Made by a program: the position numbers and the translations under genes
Assembly (NCBI GenBank): GCA_038087875.1
Contig: CM075988.1
Span: 13,828,001 to 13,888,000 of the forward strand
DNA length: 60,000 nt
Reading direction: 5' to 3'
From: Malacoraja senta
Taxonomy: Eukaryota
Shown here: one piece after another, positions 11,635 to 23,527 of the stretch
Numbering within the stretch: the stretch's first letter is position 1
How the letters are laid out: every line of letters begins with the position of its first letter
Notes under the pieces: generated by a model
Database searches by the model: none
Seen by the model: the letters and a program-made list of their open reading frames with translations, nothing else
Told to the model about the DNA's origin: nothing

Positions 11635-14600
11635 TTACCAACCACTACGGCCAGCCTGTAGTGCCTGGAGGGGGACTGCATCCGAACCACCTGGCCCGGG
11701 AACAGGCAAGGAAGCGGCCGGGCCGACGTCAAAGGAGCGCTTCTGGATGGCTTTCTTCTCGATGATGCGCTCTGTGACAACAGCAGGGTTCTGGACTGAG
11801 GGTTTGAGGGACTGTTGCGAGACAGGGAGAGGTGGTCTAGTGGTGCGGGACATGAGGCGTTGGGCAGGTGAACCGAGCGCGGGGTCGCGGGAAATGTTGC
11901 GGAGGTTGAGGAGGGCAAGGTAGAAGTCGGAATGTGAAAGGCGGCAGTGTTCCAGCAGCTCCTTGGCACTGCGGACGGCGCGTTCCGCAAGGCCGTTGCT
12001 CTGCGGATACTCAGGGCTGCTGGTGATGTGACGAAAGTTCCAACGGGCAGCAAAGGCACGGAACTCGGCGCTGGAGAACTGGCTGCCGTTGTCCGATTGG
12101 AGGGTCACCGGGGGTCCATGGGTGCAAAAGTGTCGGCGAAGCTTCCCGATGACGGCGGCAGAGGTGATGGAAGGCAGCTGATCCACCTCAAACCAACTGG
12201 AGTATGAGTCCACCAGGACCAGGAAATGCTTGCCACGCCATTCGAAAAGGTCCGTGGCAATATACATCCACGGTAGCTCGGGGGCCGGCTGCTGCAGGAG
12301 GGGCTGGCGCTGCTGATGAGGCAGGAGACTGTTACAGGCAGCGCAAACGGAGACCCTGTCACGGATGTCCTGAGCCATGCCTGGCCAGTAGAATTGGCTC
12401 TGGGCCTGGGACAAAGTGGCCTCCACCCTGGGGTGGCCATTGTGTGTAGTTTGAAAATAGTGATCCCGCAGAGCGGCCGGCACCACGACCTTGTGACCCT
12501 TCACCACCACGCCGTCATGTAGCACTAGTTCATCACGAACCAGGAAGTAGGGGAGGGCACCAGCCGGCAGGGAAGAGCGTCGGTCAAGCCAACCATGGCG
12601 GATAACGTCCGCAAGTTCTTGCAGGGCAGGATCATCAGCAGTGTGTTTGACCAGGGACTGCATCTGCTGGGATGGAACAATGTTAACATTCAGTACCATC
12701 AGGTCAGAGGATTCGTACGGGTGGCGGGCAACTGAAGGGAGCGGCGCACGGGACAATGTGTCGGCCACAAACATATCTTTGCCCTTGCGGTGCACAATCC
12801 GGAACGTGAAACGCTGGAGCTGCAGCATCATCCGCTGCAACCGGGAAGAGGCGACATGGATAGGCTTATTCAGAATAGTGACCAGTGGCTGGTGGTCAGT
12901 CTCAATGGTGAAGGTGTTGCCCAGAATGTAATCCCTAAACTTGGAGCAGGCGAACACCACGGCAAGTAGCTCCTTCTCGATCTGTGCATAACGTTGCTCG
13001 GCAGGGGTCATGGTGCGAGAAGCGTAGGAGACAGGTAGCTGCAGGCCGTCATAAAGCTGCAGACATGCGGCACCGAGACCGAACTTAGAGGCATCACAAG
13101 TGAGGACAATTGGTCTGTGCAGATCGAAGAACTTAAGAGTCGGTGTGTGTGTGAGCTTGGACTTCAGAGCCACGAACGCCAACTGGTGATGCGGGAGCCA
13201 GATCCATGCGGAGTCCTTTTTGATCAGCTCCCTCAGGGGAGCACTCAGTTCGCTGAGGTCAGGTACGAACTTCCCCTGGTAATTGACCAGGCCCAGGAAG
13301 CGCTGCAGGCCGGGAATGTCAGTAGGAGCGGGCATCTCGGTGACTGCTGATGTTTTCTGGGGGTCAGGCTTTAAACCCCCTGCCGTGAAAACGTGACCAA
13401 CGTAAGTGACTTCCGGGACCCGGAACCGACACTTCTTGGGGTTGAGCTTGAGATTGATTTTACGAGCCCTGTCCAGGACTTTGCGGAGGTGCAGGTCGTG
13501 CTCAGCGACGTCCCTCCCGTACACCAGGATGTCATCCACGATGATAGCGCACGGCAACCCAGCGAACAGCTGTTCCATGGTGCGCTGGAAAACCTCACTA
13601 GCCGAGTTGATCCCAAACGGCATACGGAGGAAACGGAACCTGCCGAAAGGTGTGATGAAGGTGGTCAGGAATGAGGAACGTTCATCTAAAGGGATCTGCC
13701 AGAATGAGCTTTTGGCATCTAAGACAGAGAAGACAGTGGCAGGACCGACCTGTGCAGCGACGTCCTCCACCGTCCGCATGGGGTAGTGCGGGCGCTTGAT
13801 GGCCAGGTTCAGGTCCTTTGGATTAATGCAGATCCGGATCTCACTCTTATCCTTCTTGGCAGCGACAACCATGTTTGAGACCCACCTGGTGGGAGCGCTC
13901 ACCTCCTTGAGGATGCCCATGGTCACCATATCACGCAGAGTAGATTCCACGCGGCCCTTCATAGCGAAGGAGACGCGGTGGGCCGGTCGAACCACCGGGT
14001 CGACACTCGGGTCGACAACGATTGTATAGTCACAGGGCAATTTGCCCAAAATGTCATCAAAACGGTCGGGGTATTCGCCCAGGGGGTCCATGGGGGCCTG
14101 CACCAGGTGAATTCCGCGGTGGAAAGAAACCAAACCAAGGTCCTGGCACGCACAGGCGCCCAGCAGGGTGACATTGTCAGAATCCAGCAGGTGGAAGGTG
14201 AGGGGCCGAGAGGTCTCAAGGACTGTGCAGATAAGCGTGGCCTTCCCCACTGGAACTAGAACTCCTCCCCCATAGACATGAAGGCAGGTGTCATCGGGAG
14301 TAACTATCTCCCCAGATCTTATCCGCTTGAAAAGGCTGATAGACATAACATTTGAAAAGGCACCAGTATCGACCTTGGCAGAGAATGAATGACCATTAAC
14401 AGTAACATGCACAGAGGGATCTGTTATCGTAGCAGGTGCACCCAAAAGCAAAAACACCGTTGAATCACCATGGGAGGAGCTCCTATCAAAGTCCGACTGG
14501 TACTGATAACCAAGCGCACTATCAGGGTCTGCAAGGTTGTTTAAATTCCTCCTTGGAGCAGGGAGCGGCTTATCACGGGACCGACAAGCCGCCGAAAAGT

Positions 14601-15324
14601 GGTTCAGTTTGCCACAGGAATTACAAGTCTTACCCTGCGCGGGGCAAACGTTGAATTGGTGGAAAGAAAAATTACAATTGGGGCAACGGCGTGGGGTGAC
14701 CTTAGCGGGCATTGCGGCGGGGTTTCGTCGTGGCGGACCAGCGTTCCGCCGGCGGCCAGCTGCACCGGTAAAGTTAATGTCCTGGGACACCGGTTGAGAC
14801 ACGGAGCTAACAGCAGAGGCCATACGAGCGGAATACATAGCCTCCCTTAGTGTCAAATCAGGTTTCATAAGGAGCTCGTCACGCAGCTTAGCGTTCAGGA
14901 GACCATTGACCAGGACATCCCTGATCAATTCGTCCGTGGAGATTGTTTCAAGGCGACAGCACCGAGCCATATGACGCAAAGAGGCAATAAAAGCGTCAAT
15001 ATGCTCGCCGGGATTTTGCCGCCTCTGGAAGAATTTAAAGCGTTCAATAATGTTATTGGTAGGGATATCACAGAGGGCAGTGAATTTATCAATGAGACAT
15101 ACCGGGTCCCGACGGTCTTCTCCGGGGGCGAAGTCGAATGAAGCATAGTGATCCATGGCCTCCGGGCCAGCGAGGTTGAGCAGCAGGTGAGCCTGCACAG
15201 CAGGGGTGGCATTAGGATGAGCGATGGCTGTGTAATGTTCAAAGTCGCGCTGGAACACAGTCCAGCGGTGGACAATGTCCGTGTCAAAGACCAATATGTC
15301 GGGTCGACGACAGGAATTGGACAT
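11635..15324 (-). CDS. Gag-Pol polyprotein (zinc knuckles, aspartic protease, RT, RNase H, integrase); C-terminus frameshifted, continuing in the frame ending at 11253
   Basis: CPNCNFSFHQFNVC and CNSCGKLNHFSAAC knuckles, DTGA protease, LDAKSSFWQ and IVDD RT, DASKFGLGA RNase H, HNGH..CAAC plus D/SDNG/E integrase. Likely ATG at 15324 (MSNSCRR). Confidence 0.95.
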   Translation of the reverse strand: MSNSCRRPDILVFDTDIVHRWTVFQRDFEHYTAIAHPNATPAVQAHLLLNLAGPEAMDHYASFDFAPGEDRRDPVCLIDKFTALCDIPTNNIIERFKFFQRRQNPGEHIDAFIASLRHMARCCRLETISTDELIRDVLVNGLLNAKLRDELLMKPDLTLREAMYSARMASAVSSVSQPVSQDINFTGAAGRRRNAGPPRRNPAAMPAKVTPRRCPNCNFSFHQFNVCPAQGKTCNSCGKLNHFSAACRSRDKPLPAPRRNLNNLADPDSALGYQYQSDFDRSSSHGDSTVFLLLGAPATITDPSVHVTVNGHSFSAKVDTGAFSNVMSISLFKRIRSGEIVTPDDTCLHVYGGGVLVPVGKATLICTVLETSRPLTFHLLDSDNVTLLGACACQDLGLVSFHRGIHLVQAPMDPLGEYPDRFDDILGKLPCDYTIVVDPSVDPVVRPAHRVSFAMKGRVESTLRDMVTMGILKEVSAPTRWVSNMVVAAKKDKSEIRICINPKDLNLAIKRPHYPMRTVEDVAAQVGPATVFSVLDAKSSFWQIPLDERSSFLTTFITPFGRFRFLRMPFGINSASEVFQRTMEQLFAGLPCAIIVDDILVYGRDVAEHDLHLRKVLDRARKINLKLNPKKCRFRVPEVTYVGHVFTAGGLKPDPQKTSAVTEMPAPTDIPGLQRFLGLVNYQGKFVPDLSELSAPLRELIKKDSAWIWLPHHQLAFVALKSKLTHTPTLKFFDLHRPIVLTCDASKFGLGAACLQLYDGLQLPVSYASRTMTPAEQRYAQIEKELLAVVFACSKFRDYILGNTFTIETDHQPLVTILNKPIHVASSRLQRMMLQLQRFTFRIVHRKGKDMFVADTLSRAPLPSVARHPYESSDLMVLNVNIVPSQQMQSLVKHTADDPALQELADVIRHGWLDRRSSLPAGALPYFLVRDELVLHDGVVVKGHKVVVPAALRDHYFQTTHNGHPRVEATLSQAQSQFYWPGMAQDIRDRVSVCAACNSLLPHQQRQPLLQQPAPELPWMYIATDLFEWRGKHFLVLVDSYSSWFEVDQLPSITSAAVIGKLRRHFCTHGPPVTLQSDNGSQFSSAEFRAFAARWNFRHITSSPEYPQSNGLAERAVRSAKELLEHCRLSHSDFYLALLNLRNISRDPALGSPAQRLMSRTTRPPLPVSQQSLKPSVQNPAVVTERIIEKKAIQKRSFDVGPAASLPVPGPGGSDAVPLQALQAGRSGW

Positions 15325-15412
15325 AATGAAAACGGGGGGGGGGGGAGACGTGAACAACTGGGAGAAAGCAAAGAATAAAAAGAAAAACCGATAAACAGGA
15401 GACGCGAGTCTA

Positions 15413-15427
15413 CCACTTCTGACACCA
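15413..15427 (-). other. Primer-binding site complementary to the tRNA-Leu 3' end
   Basis: Minus strand TGGTGTCAGAAGTGG directly after the 5' LTR, complementary to ...CCACTTCTGACACCA of vertebrate tRNA-Leu(CAA). Confidence 0.85.
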
Positions 15428-15630
15428 TGTAAAATGACTTGGTTCCTACACAGAGACTTTTACTGATGGTTTATTAAATCACTAACACACACCATGCAAT
15501 AGCTGTCCGTGGTCATCACTGGAGCTAGAGAGAGGGCTGGAGGTGGGAACCTTACAATTATAGGAGAGACAATGGGGAGTGGTTAGTAGTGGTGAGGTCA
15601 CTAAGTTAAAGGAACATGCACTGATCTACA
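15428..15630 (-). repeat. 5' LTR of the Gypsy element
   Basis: TG...CA ends, followed by the ATTTT TSD. Confidence 0.97.
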
Positions 15631-17645
15631 ATTTTGTCACCATAATGATGAAGCACGTAAATTGGGCAGTTGTGTAACTTAGAGTGGAACTTGCAATTGA
15701 TGATGTTCCCATGCATCTGCCTTCCTGATCCTACAGACAATAGAGATCATGGGTTAGAAATCTAGAAAGCTTCGGTCAATTTGTTAACTTTATTGGGCAG
15801 ATAAATTTATAGGTCCTATCTTGGGATCTCTTTCCCACCTTCAACAATGAACTTGCTAAGTTTAAATCAGAGGTATTGCTTCGCCATGAAAGTAGTATTC
15901 CCCCTCCTTGTATGAAACCTCCAGAACCCTATGCACATTACACCAGCAGCTTTCAGAAAGCACCGATTTAATTCATCACTTCTCCCCATTTCCAGATCCT
16001 CCGATTGCTGAGCAAAATGTGAGCTGGAAAATCTAAAGTCAGTTCTTCTGACCCCACCCCCTAAAGGTAAGTTGATTTCTTCTGTGGCTAATCTCATTCA
16101 AGGAAGTTCACATTTTTGGACTTCAGTTAACTGTTTGAGAATGGCAAATATGTCTATATTAAAGATGGTGTTTCAGTACAAGTTCTTTGCACATTAGTTA
16201 ACAATCACTTTGGAGACTACACATCTATAATTATGCTTCTGGAAAGACACTTATTGTTGTGGAGAGGGAAAAAAGTTTAAAAACTAAAACTATTTCTTGC
16301 ATTCCTTCAGCAAAGAACAATAATTCGGCCGGATAACAGACACTAACTGTGGGTCACAAAATAGATGACATTTATGAGATTGTGAATAATTTCTGTCTCC
16401 AGCCAGTTTGATTGCAGTAGTTAAAGTGACAGGCGCTTTGAATTAAAAATCATCTAATTTGTACCAATTTACTGCATTTGAAACTACCAACAGAACTGGA
16501 TGATCCCCACCACATTAATATTTTAATGCAGTTTGGCACTCACAGACATGTTGCGAGCAGTGACTTGAAAGTAATTCTGATGAAAAGATGTACAGTAATT
16601 GATGACAATCTCTATCAGGCCGAATCAAAATAGTTCTGAGAGTCTCCGATTTTGGGGTGACGTCTCCTGTTATCTAGTCCTCTATTTGCCTAATTTTATG
16701 CACTTGGCCGGTTGACCTCTCATTCAGTCTTCAGTCAGGTCCGCCACTCTTCTTGGCTCCATCTCATTTTCTCTTTTCCTCCACGGTTCTCCGTGTCATA
16801 ATGTTCCCTAGCTTGTCCAGCCTTGTGTTGACAGGTCCAAATGAATGCAGCCTCATTCATTGCACAACCTCAAACCAAAGCTCGAGGGTACCAATTTTCT
16901 GTGCGCCTTGGTGCTTGACAGATTCATTGGTTTAATTGTCACTGTATAAAACATACATCACTTACAGCTACACATCTCAAATGCTTCCCTTATGCTCTCT
17001 GCCTTTACGTTATGTATTTGTGCCAAACAGATGAATGGATGGGGCAACACAACTTTCATTGAAATGTTGCAACTTGTTGCTGGCTTATATAGCGTGATAT
17101 TTTAGCTAAGGTGATCAATATCCTTGTAGTCTTGCTTATGGCGATGGTACCTATATAGTTGCTGAGACTATTGGTTGTCAAAGGAAAACATCCCCTCCCC
17201 ACAGTTGTGTTGCCATTCACTTCTGTCATCAGCTTTCTCATTTGTCATATTCAATAGCAAATGCTTACATTTACCTTTGCTATCATCCTTAAGACTTGAT
17301 TTTGGATGTCCTACAGATCGTTATACCAATACTGCTACTCATACATATACAGTGTATCCTTGAGTGTGTGGACATCTCTCACTCTGAACACATCTGTCAA
17401 TGTTTCCTTTGCTTCTGAGAGGACATTATTCCCATGTGAACTACCATGAAAATGCACCACAGGCACGGTGAAACTGTGCCATTTTTTTCAACATCTACAT
17501 GTAGTCCATGTGTCACTTAGTAGAACATCATCACAGGCTTAAAGGGTGAGTTTGTTATTCCTCCACGCTCATTTTGTTAGTTGGTCAAAGCTGATGGCAG
17601 CAGGCATTGCAATTATTTATGTTAATCTGTTGCTGACACCAAAGC

Positions 17646-18325
17646 CTACACCATAGATAAACACAAAGTACCGGAGTAACTCAGCAGGTCAGGCAGTAAC
17701 GCTGGAGAAAAAGGATCAGTGACATTTTGAAGAAGGGTCCTGACCCAAACCAGATTCACGAGGATGTTGCCAGGACTAGAGGGTGTGAGCAACTGTATAG
17801 GTTGAGTAGGCTGGGTCTCTATTCCATGGAGCGCAGGAGGATGAGGGGAGATCTTATATAGATATACCAAATTATGAAAGGAATAGATCGGGTAGATGCA
17901 CAGTCTTTTGCCCAGAGTAGGGGAATCGAGGACCAGAGGACTTAGGTTAACAGTGAAGGGGAAAAGATTTAATAGGAATCCGAGGGGTAACTTTTTCACA
18001 CAAAGGGTGGTGGGTGTAAAGAACAAGCTGCCAGAGGAGGTTGTTGAGGCTGGGCCTATCCCATCATTTAAGAAACAATTACACAGGTACATGGATAGGA
18101 CAGGTTTGGAGGGATATAGACCAAGTGCAGGTAAGTGGGACTAGTGTAGCTGGGACATTGTTATCGGTGTGGGCGAGTTGGGCTGAAGGGCCTGTTTCCA
18201 CACTGTATCACTGTATGACTCTATCACCCATCCTTTTTTTCCCAAAGCTGCTTCCTGACCCACTGAGTTACTCCAGCACTTTGTGTCTATCTTTGGTATA
18301 AACCAGCATCTGCAGTTCATTGTTC
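17646..18325. repeat. Fold-back MER6-like Penelope repeat interrupted by CR1
   Basis: Inverted arms at 17646-17750 and 18223-18325 (gagtaactcagc / gctgagttactc type). Confidence 0.7.
17752..18222 (+). mobile_element. CR1 LINE 3' fragment (HER1-like tail shared with the SINEs)
   Basis: ORF reads ESRTRGLRL...NFFTQRVVGV.NKLP; tail gggctgaagggcctgtttccacactgtat matches the SINE 3' ends. Confidence 0.9.
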
Positions 18326-19125
18326 CTGTTGGACCTACACCAGAGAAGCATAGAGACAACCAAGCCCGTTTGTGGGTGTGAAATTCTATTGGTCTTTTTG
18401 GGTTCATGAACTAAACATGAGACTGCTTACCAACGGGATTCTTTGGCAACTGAAAATTGAAGTGATATTTGGAAACATTTCATCAGTTAAGTTATTAAGC
18501 CCATGTATCAAAGACCCTACAGTATATGTGTTGAAATGACGTGGAAAGTGCTAATGTCTATGTTAAAGTTTATTTAGTAATTTGGGCCTGCAAATTATAG
18601 TCTATCACAGATATTGCAATGCTGAGGAGAATTCTTATTTGCTGAAGTCCAGCATTTGTCCTTCTTTATTCTCTTAGCTTTATTGATGTGGACCTTAACT
18701 CAATTATCTTTTAACTTGAAGAATACCAGACAATAAAATAAGGGTAGACTTAACCTTCTTACATTCAATGGAAAATGCTGAGTAGTTGTGCGATTTTTCT
18801 GCATTTGTTCGAAGTGAGTGAATGTGTCCCTCTACAAGCAAGAACAATAAACATGCACCGCTATAATCAATAAAAATGACCAAAAATGATAGAAAGCTGA
18901 AATGAAAACAAAATATTGGGAAAATGCTGTGTCAGATTAATACCTCACTCCAAGTTCCAGCACATGTCATACATTTATATACCAGCTTTATTTAAATATT
19001 GGTTATCAAAGTCCCAAAGTGAGTGCCAGATAAATGGATTGCCTTCCTTTTTACTATTCCCAATAATTTGTGAATCATTTCACATCACATCAATTGGAGG
19101 CCTAGAAAATTATATGGTTTGATTT

Positions 19126-19152
19126 CCCCCCCCCCCCCCCCCCCCCCCCCCC
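19126..19152. repeat. Poly(C) tract, 27 nt
   Basis: Read directly from the sequence. Confidence 0.9.
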
Positions 19153-19669
19153 ATCTCTTTAGTACTGTTCCAAACTCCAGCAATTGCTACATCCCAGTTT
19201 TCTCAGGCTGAGTCACACTGATCTGATAGTTTACCATCTGTATATTCTCACACCAGGACTACATTCTCACCACCATCACACAGCAGCAACTGCCCATCAC
19301 TTCCACAGCTCTAAACACTTTGCTTTCAGATGCAAGTATACACTCCCCAGTAATTCCCTTCTACACTCTCCTACCTTCCACACTATCATCTTACACATCT
19401 AGAGCCTTGAATTGGAAAGACACAGAATGCTGGAGTAACACAGTGGGTCAGGCAGCATCCATGGAAAACATGGATAAGTGACATTCCGAGTCAGACCCTT
19501 CTTCCTTAACTCTTTCAAGTGCCTTGAATTGTCCTTCTTACTCCAACAAACTTTGAAGCCCTATCATCTGCAGTTACAGAATACTCTTGGGGATTAAACC
19601 ACCTTCTTGACCATTTTCCTATCCACTCTGGTTATAAGCTTCCAAGATTGCCACAAACAGAAAACAGAG

Positions 19670-19990
19670 GTGGGGCAGTTATGCAGTAGGTAGAGTTGCT
19701 GCCTCACATTGCCAGAGACCCCGGTTCGATCCTGACCTTGGGTGCAGTCTGTGTGGAATTTGCACATTCTCCCTGTGACCGCCTGGGTTTCCTTCGGGTG
19801 GTTCGGTTTCCGGCCACATCCCAAAGACGAGTGGGTTTGTAAGTTATTTGACCTCAGTAAATTGCCCTAGTGTAGGGAGGGATTGAGAAAGTGGGATAAC
19901 ATAGAACTAGCATGAATGGGTGATCAATAATTGGCAGGGACTGTGGGCTGATGGGCCAGTTTCCTTAATGTATCTCCAGGCTAAACTAAC
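19670..19990 (+). mobile_element. V-SINE (HE1-like)
   Basis: B-box ggttcgatcc, V-domain and ctaaactaac tail. Confidence 0.85.
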
Positions 19991-20444
19991 CCAAATAAAG
20001 AGATCTTGCCTCTCTGCCTCTCTGTTAGCACTGTGCACAGACATTCACAGCTGCTTGCCATTTTGGTCACTGTGCTTTACCATCAGTGTCTAGTGAAGCA
20101 AGTGATAAGCATCACAGCATTGAATAACGCTACACAGCATCCACATTGTATGAATTATACAACTATGCCACATGACAATCCAGGAATGATCCCAAGAATG
20201 ATCCCAAGAATGTGTGGGTTTCAGGCCCGTACGAAGCTTTCCAAAAAGGGGGGTGGCATGACAGGATTACAAAAAATCTAATGTGAAATAATGTGCGCGC
20301 TGCGCACATCACGAGCGTGAAGCGTGAAGTCCTTGAAGCCAGGGTCCTGGAAGCTCTGGGGTTTTAGATGCTCTCTGATGCATTCTGAGCCTTATTTTGG
20401 AGCATTTTTGCACCAGATTTATGACCAATATTTCAGAAATTAAC

Positions 20445-20692
20445 ATGAATCTGAGAGGGAGCTTTTTCACACAAAGGGCGCTGGGTGTATGGAACGAGCT
20501 GCCAGGGGAGGTAGTTAAGGCTGGGACTATCCTAATGTTTAAGAGACATTTGGACACGTACATGGATAGGACAGATTTAGATGGATATGGGCCAAACGCG
20601 TGTGAGTGGGACTAGTTTAGATGGGACATGTTGGTCGGTGTGGGCAGGTTGGGCTGAAGGGCCTGTTTCCACACTGCATCATTTTATGACTA
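20445..20692 (+). mobile_element. CR1 3' fragment
   Basis: FFTQRALGVWNELP...FKRHLD plus tail. Confidence 0.85.
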
Positions 20693-20835
20693 AAAAGTTA
20701 AGAAGAAAAATGCATGTAGATAAGTAGAGCAGATTTGAAAGAGGAGTGAAATGTAAAGGCAGAGAGAGGTTTATGGGTGGAAAGGAACATAGGAAAGGAG
20801 GGGGGAGAGTGGGCTTGGGCAGATGGGTGAAGGGA

Positions 20836-21060
20836 AAATAGACACAAAGTGCTGGAGTAACTCAGTGGTCAGGCAGCATCTGCGGAGAATTTGAATAGGT
20901 GACGTTTCACAGAGTGCTGGAGTAACTCAGCGAGTCAGGCAGCATCTCTGGAGAACATGGATAGATGACATGTCACAGAGTGCTGGAGTAACTCAGTGAG
21001 TCAGGCAGCATCTCTGGAGAAAAGGTATAGATTATATTTTGGGACAAGACCGTTCTTCAG
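20836..21060 (-). repeat. MER6-like repeat with internal ~63-bp triplication
   Basis: gtgctggagtaactcag...caggcagcatct occurs three times, followed by a hammerhead-like end (...cttcag). Confidence 0.75.
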
Positions 21061-21242
21061 TAATATTCATGATGTGACATGCATAGACATTCCTGAATGT
21101 TACCCAAACCATCGTGAGCTACTTTGTTACGGTGCTTGCCCTCTCCTATAACGTCTCTGCTGCCTTGGGTGATGCAGGACAGGACACAAGCTTTGGGACA
21201 CGGTGTGAAGCTGTTGCCATCTGTCCCAGCCTGGTAAAAACA

Positions 21243-21520
21243 TGGATGGAGTGGATGTGGAGAGGATGTTTCCACAAGTGGGAGAGTCTAGGACCAGTGG
21301 CCACAGCCTCGGAATTAAAAGACATTCCTTTAGGAAGGAGATGAGCAGGAATTTCTTAAGTCAGAGGGTGGTGAACTATGGAATTCATTGCCACAGACAG
21401 CTGTGGAGGTCAAGTCAATGGACATTTTTCAGGAGGAGATTGATAGATTCTTGATTGATACGGGTGTCAGAGGTAATGGGGAGAAGGCCGGATAATGGGT
21501 TTGAGAGGGAAAGATAGATA
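21243..21520 (+). mobile_element. CR1 3' fragment
   Basis: VDVERMFP.VGESRTSGHSL. Confidence 0.85.
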
Positions 21521-21521
21521 G

Positions 21522-22068
21522 AGTCAGAGTGATACAGTGTGGAAACAGGCCCAGCATGTCCCATCTGCACTAGTCCCACCTGCCCACATTTGATCCATAT
21601 CCCTCCGAACCTGTCTATCCATGTACCTGTCTAACTGTTTGTTAAATGTTGCGATAGTCCCCACCTCAACTACCTCCGCTGGCAGCTTGTTCCATACACC
21701 TACCACCCTTTGTGTGAAAAACATACCCCCTCAGATTCCTATTAAATCTTTTGCTCGTCACCTTAAACTTGTGTCCTCTGTCCTCGATTCACCTACTCTG
21801 GGCAAAAGACAACCATACTATTCAAATCATGATTTTATACACCTCTATTAGATCATCCCTCATCCTCCTGTGCTCCATGAAATAGAGTCCCAGCCTACTC
21901 AACCTCTCCCTATAGCTCTGGCCCTCTAGTCCTGGCAACATCCTCGTAAATCTTCACTGTACCCTTTCCAGTTTGATGACATCTTTCCTATAACATGGTG
22001 CCAGAACTGAATACAATACTCTGAATGCGGCCTCACCAACTACTTATGCAACTGCAACATGACCTGCA
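21522..22068 (-). mobile_element. CR1 3' fragment
   Basis: FFTQRVVGVWNKLP on the minus strand. Confidence 0.85.
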
Positions 22069-22069
22069 A

Positions 22070-22760
22070 CATAAAATCAACAAACAGGATCCTCGCATAA
22101 GTTCCTGGCGGTCTAGATGCTGGAGGATGAAGTGCAGGCCCAGATTGACTGCGTCATCCACAGATCTATTGGCCCAATATGCAAAATGCAGAGGGTCCAG
22201 CAGAAGGATTGTGATATTTTTCAGCTTGGCCAGCACAAGCCTTTCAACGGTCTTCATGACTACAGAGGTCAGTGCGACAAGCCTGTAGTCATCAAGACCA
22301 GTAATCCTTTCCTTTTTGGGTACAGGGTCAATAGTGGAGACTTGAAGCCGGCAGGGACAGTACATCTTTGCAGGGACTGGTTAAAAATGAGTAATGGGTG
22401 TGAAGTGTTGGTTGGGGTGGAAAGGGTCCGCTCTTTTCATACTGGATTCTTGCCTTAAGTAGGTGTGAAGTGGTGAATGGGAAGGAGAGGGTGCACGGTC
22501 CATTCTTTGCAGACTGGGGTCTGGCTGTGTTTGTTGGGGAGGGGGTACCAGGGGTACGTTTCTGATTTTCAAACCTGCAGTAAACCTCATTCAGGTTGTT
22601 CGTCAGCTGACGATTGTCCAAAGAGCGGGGGCTTTCCTCTTATAGCTGGTGATTTCTTGCATGCCCTTCCAAACTGAAGAAGAGTCACTAGCTGAGAACT
22701 TGCTCCTCAACTTCTCAGAGTACCTTTCCTTGGCAGCTCTGATTCCTCTTCTCAGCTCTT
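22070..22760 (-). pseudogene. Rex1/Babar LINE RT fragment
   Basis: PVPKK..DDYRLVALTSVVMK..ER...LDPLHFAY.ANRSVDDAVNL..H..LQHLD. Confidence 0.85.
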
Positions 22761-22821
22761 TATCGATTAGGCTATCTTTTAACTCTTTACGATTAGGCTA
22801 TCGGCTTGACGCATATTTGGG

Positions 22822-22985
22822 AGTGGCGTGGGCCCAGCAGGGGTGGCGTGGGCCCAGCGGGGGTCAGCGGGGGTGGCGTGGGCCCAGCAGGGGTCAGTGG
22901 GGGTGGCGTGGGCCCAGCGGGGGTGGCATTGGCCCAGGGGGGGTCCAGCGGGGGTGGCATGGGCCCAGCGGGGGTGGCGTGGGGG
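22822..22985. repeat. GC-rich ~30-bp minisatellite
   Basis: About 5-6 variant copies of gggggtggcgtgggcccagcgggggtcagc. Confidence 0.85.
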
Positions 22986-23527
22986 GAAGATGGTGAGGGG
23001 AGCGGGCCCCACCGCAGCGGCGTCTGGTGTTGGGGTTACAACCACTCCCGCCCGGCGACGGGAGAATGGTCTCCCATTGGTGTCGCCCGACGCCGCGGAT
23101 GGAGACGCTGGACCAGGCGGCAGACACCGCACCCTGCACCCCGTGCACTTCCCCCCCCCCCCCGGGCCCGGAGAAATGGGCACTCCCTTATCCCGCGAGC
23201 CAGATTAGACCCCCTCATGGGTAGTTTGACCGAGGATAAAAAACAGACTCCCCCTCCTGCAATGCAATATTCCACTACTTACCTGGAGTAGACGTGAAGC
23301 ATCAAGCTCAATGTGTGGAGTGCAAATGGCAGTCTGATCTCGCCTGAGCCCACTGCGCATGCGCGGAGAGACGGCGTCATAACCAGAATTTCGGGCGCTT
23401 CTCCGACAAAGTGGAAACATTGATTTTTTTTCCGATTATTTTATTTTTTCTTGGGATTTTTTCTTACTCTGGGGGGAAAAAGGGGGGTGCGGTCGCACCC
23501 AACGCACCCCCAATTTGGACGGCCATG

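Larger units (their letters stand above)
10946..15630 (-). mobile_element. Full-length Gypsy/Ty3 LTR retrotransposon (Mag-like)
   Basis: Two 203-bp TG...CA LTRs (10946-11148, 15428-15630), 5-bp TSD ATTTT, PBS, PPT, and gag-PR-RT-RH-IN domain order. Confidence 0.97.
20222..23527. mobile_element. Putative non-autonomous DNA transposon or composite insertion splitting a CR1, with nested retroelements
   Basis: Imperfect TIRs caggcccgtacg / tggacggccatg, GGTTT repeated on both sides, and the CR1 sequence at 20180-20221 resumes at 23528. Confidence 0.5.

Noticed and set aside
11097..15428. Many antisense and overlapping ORFs within the Gypsy element
   Set aside because: They are by-products of GC-rich coding sequence; no env-like features are present.
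15996..16066. Candidate exon (ttccag...gtaagt)
   Set aside because: Stop codons occur in all three frames; a non-coding exon cannot be supported from sequence alone.
22649..23420. Gly/Pro/Ala-rich ORFs
   Set aside because: They are translations of the GC-rich minisatellite and transposon interior.
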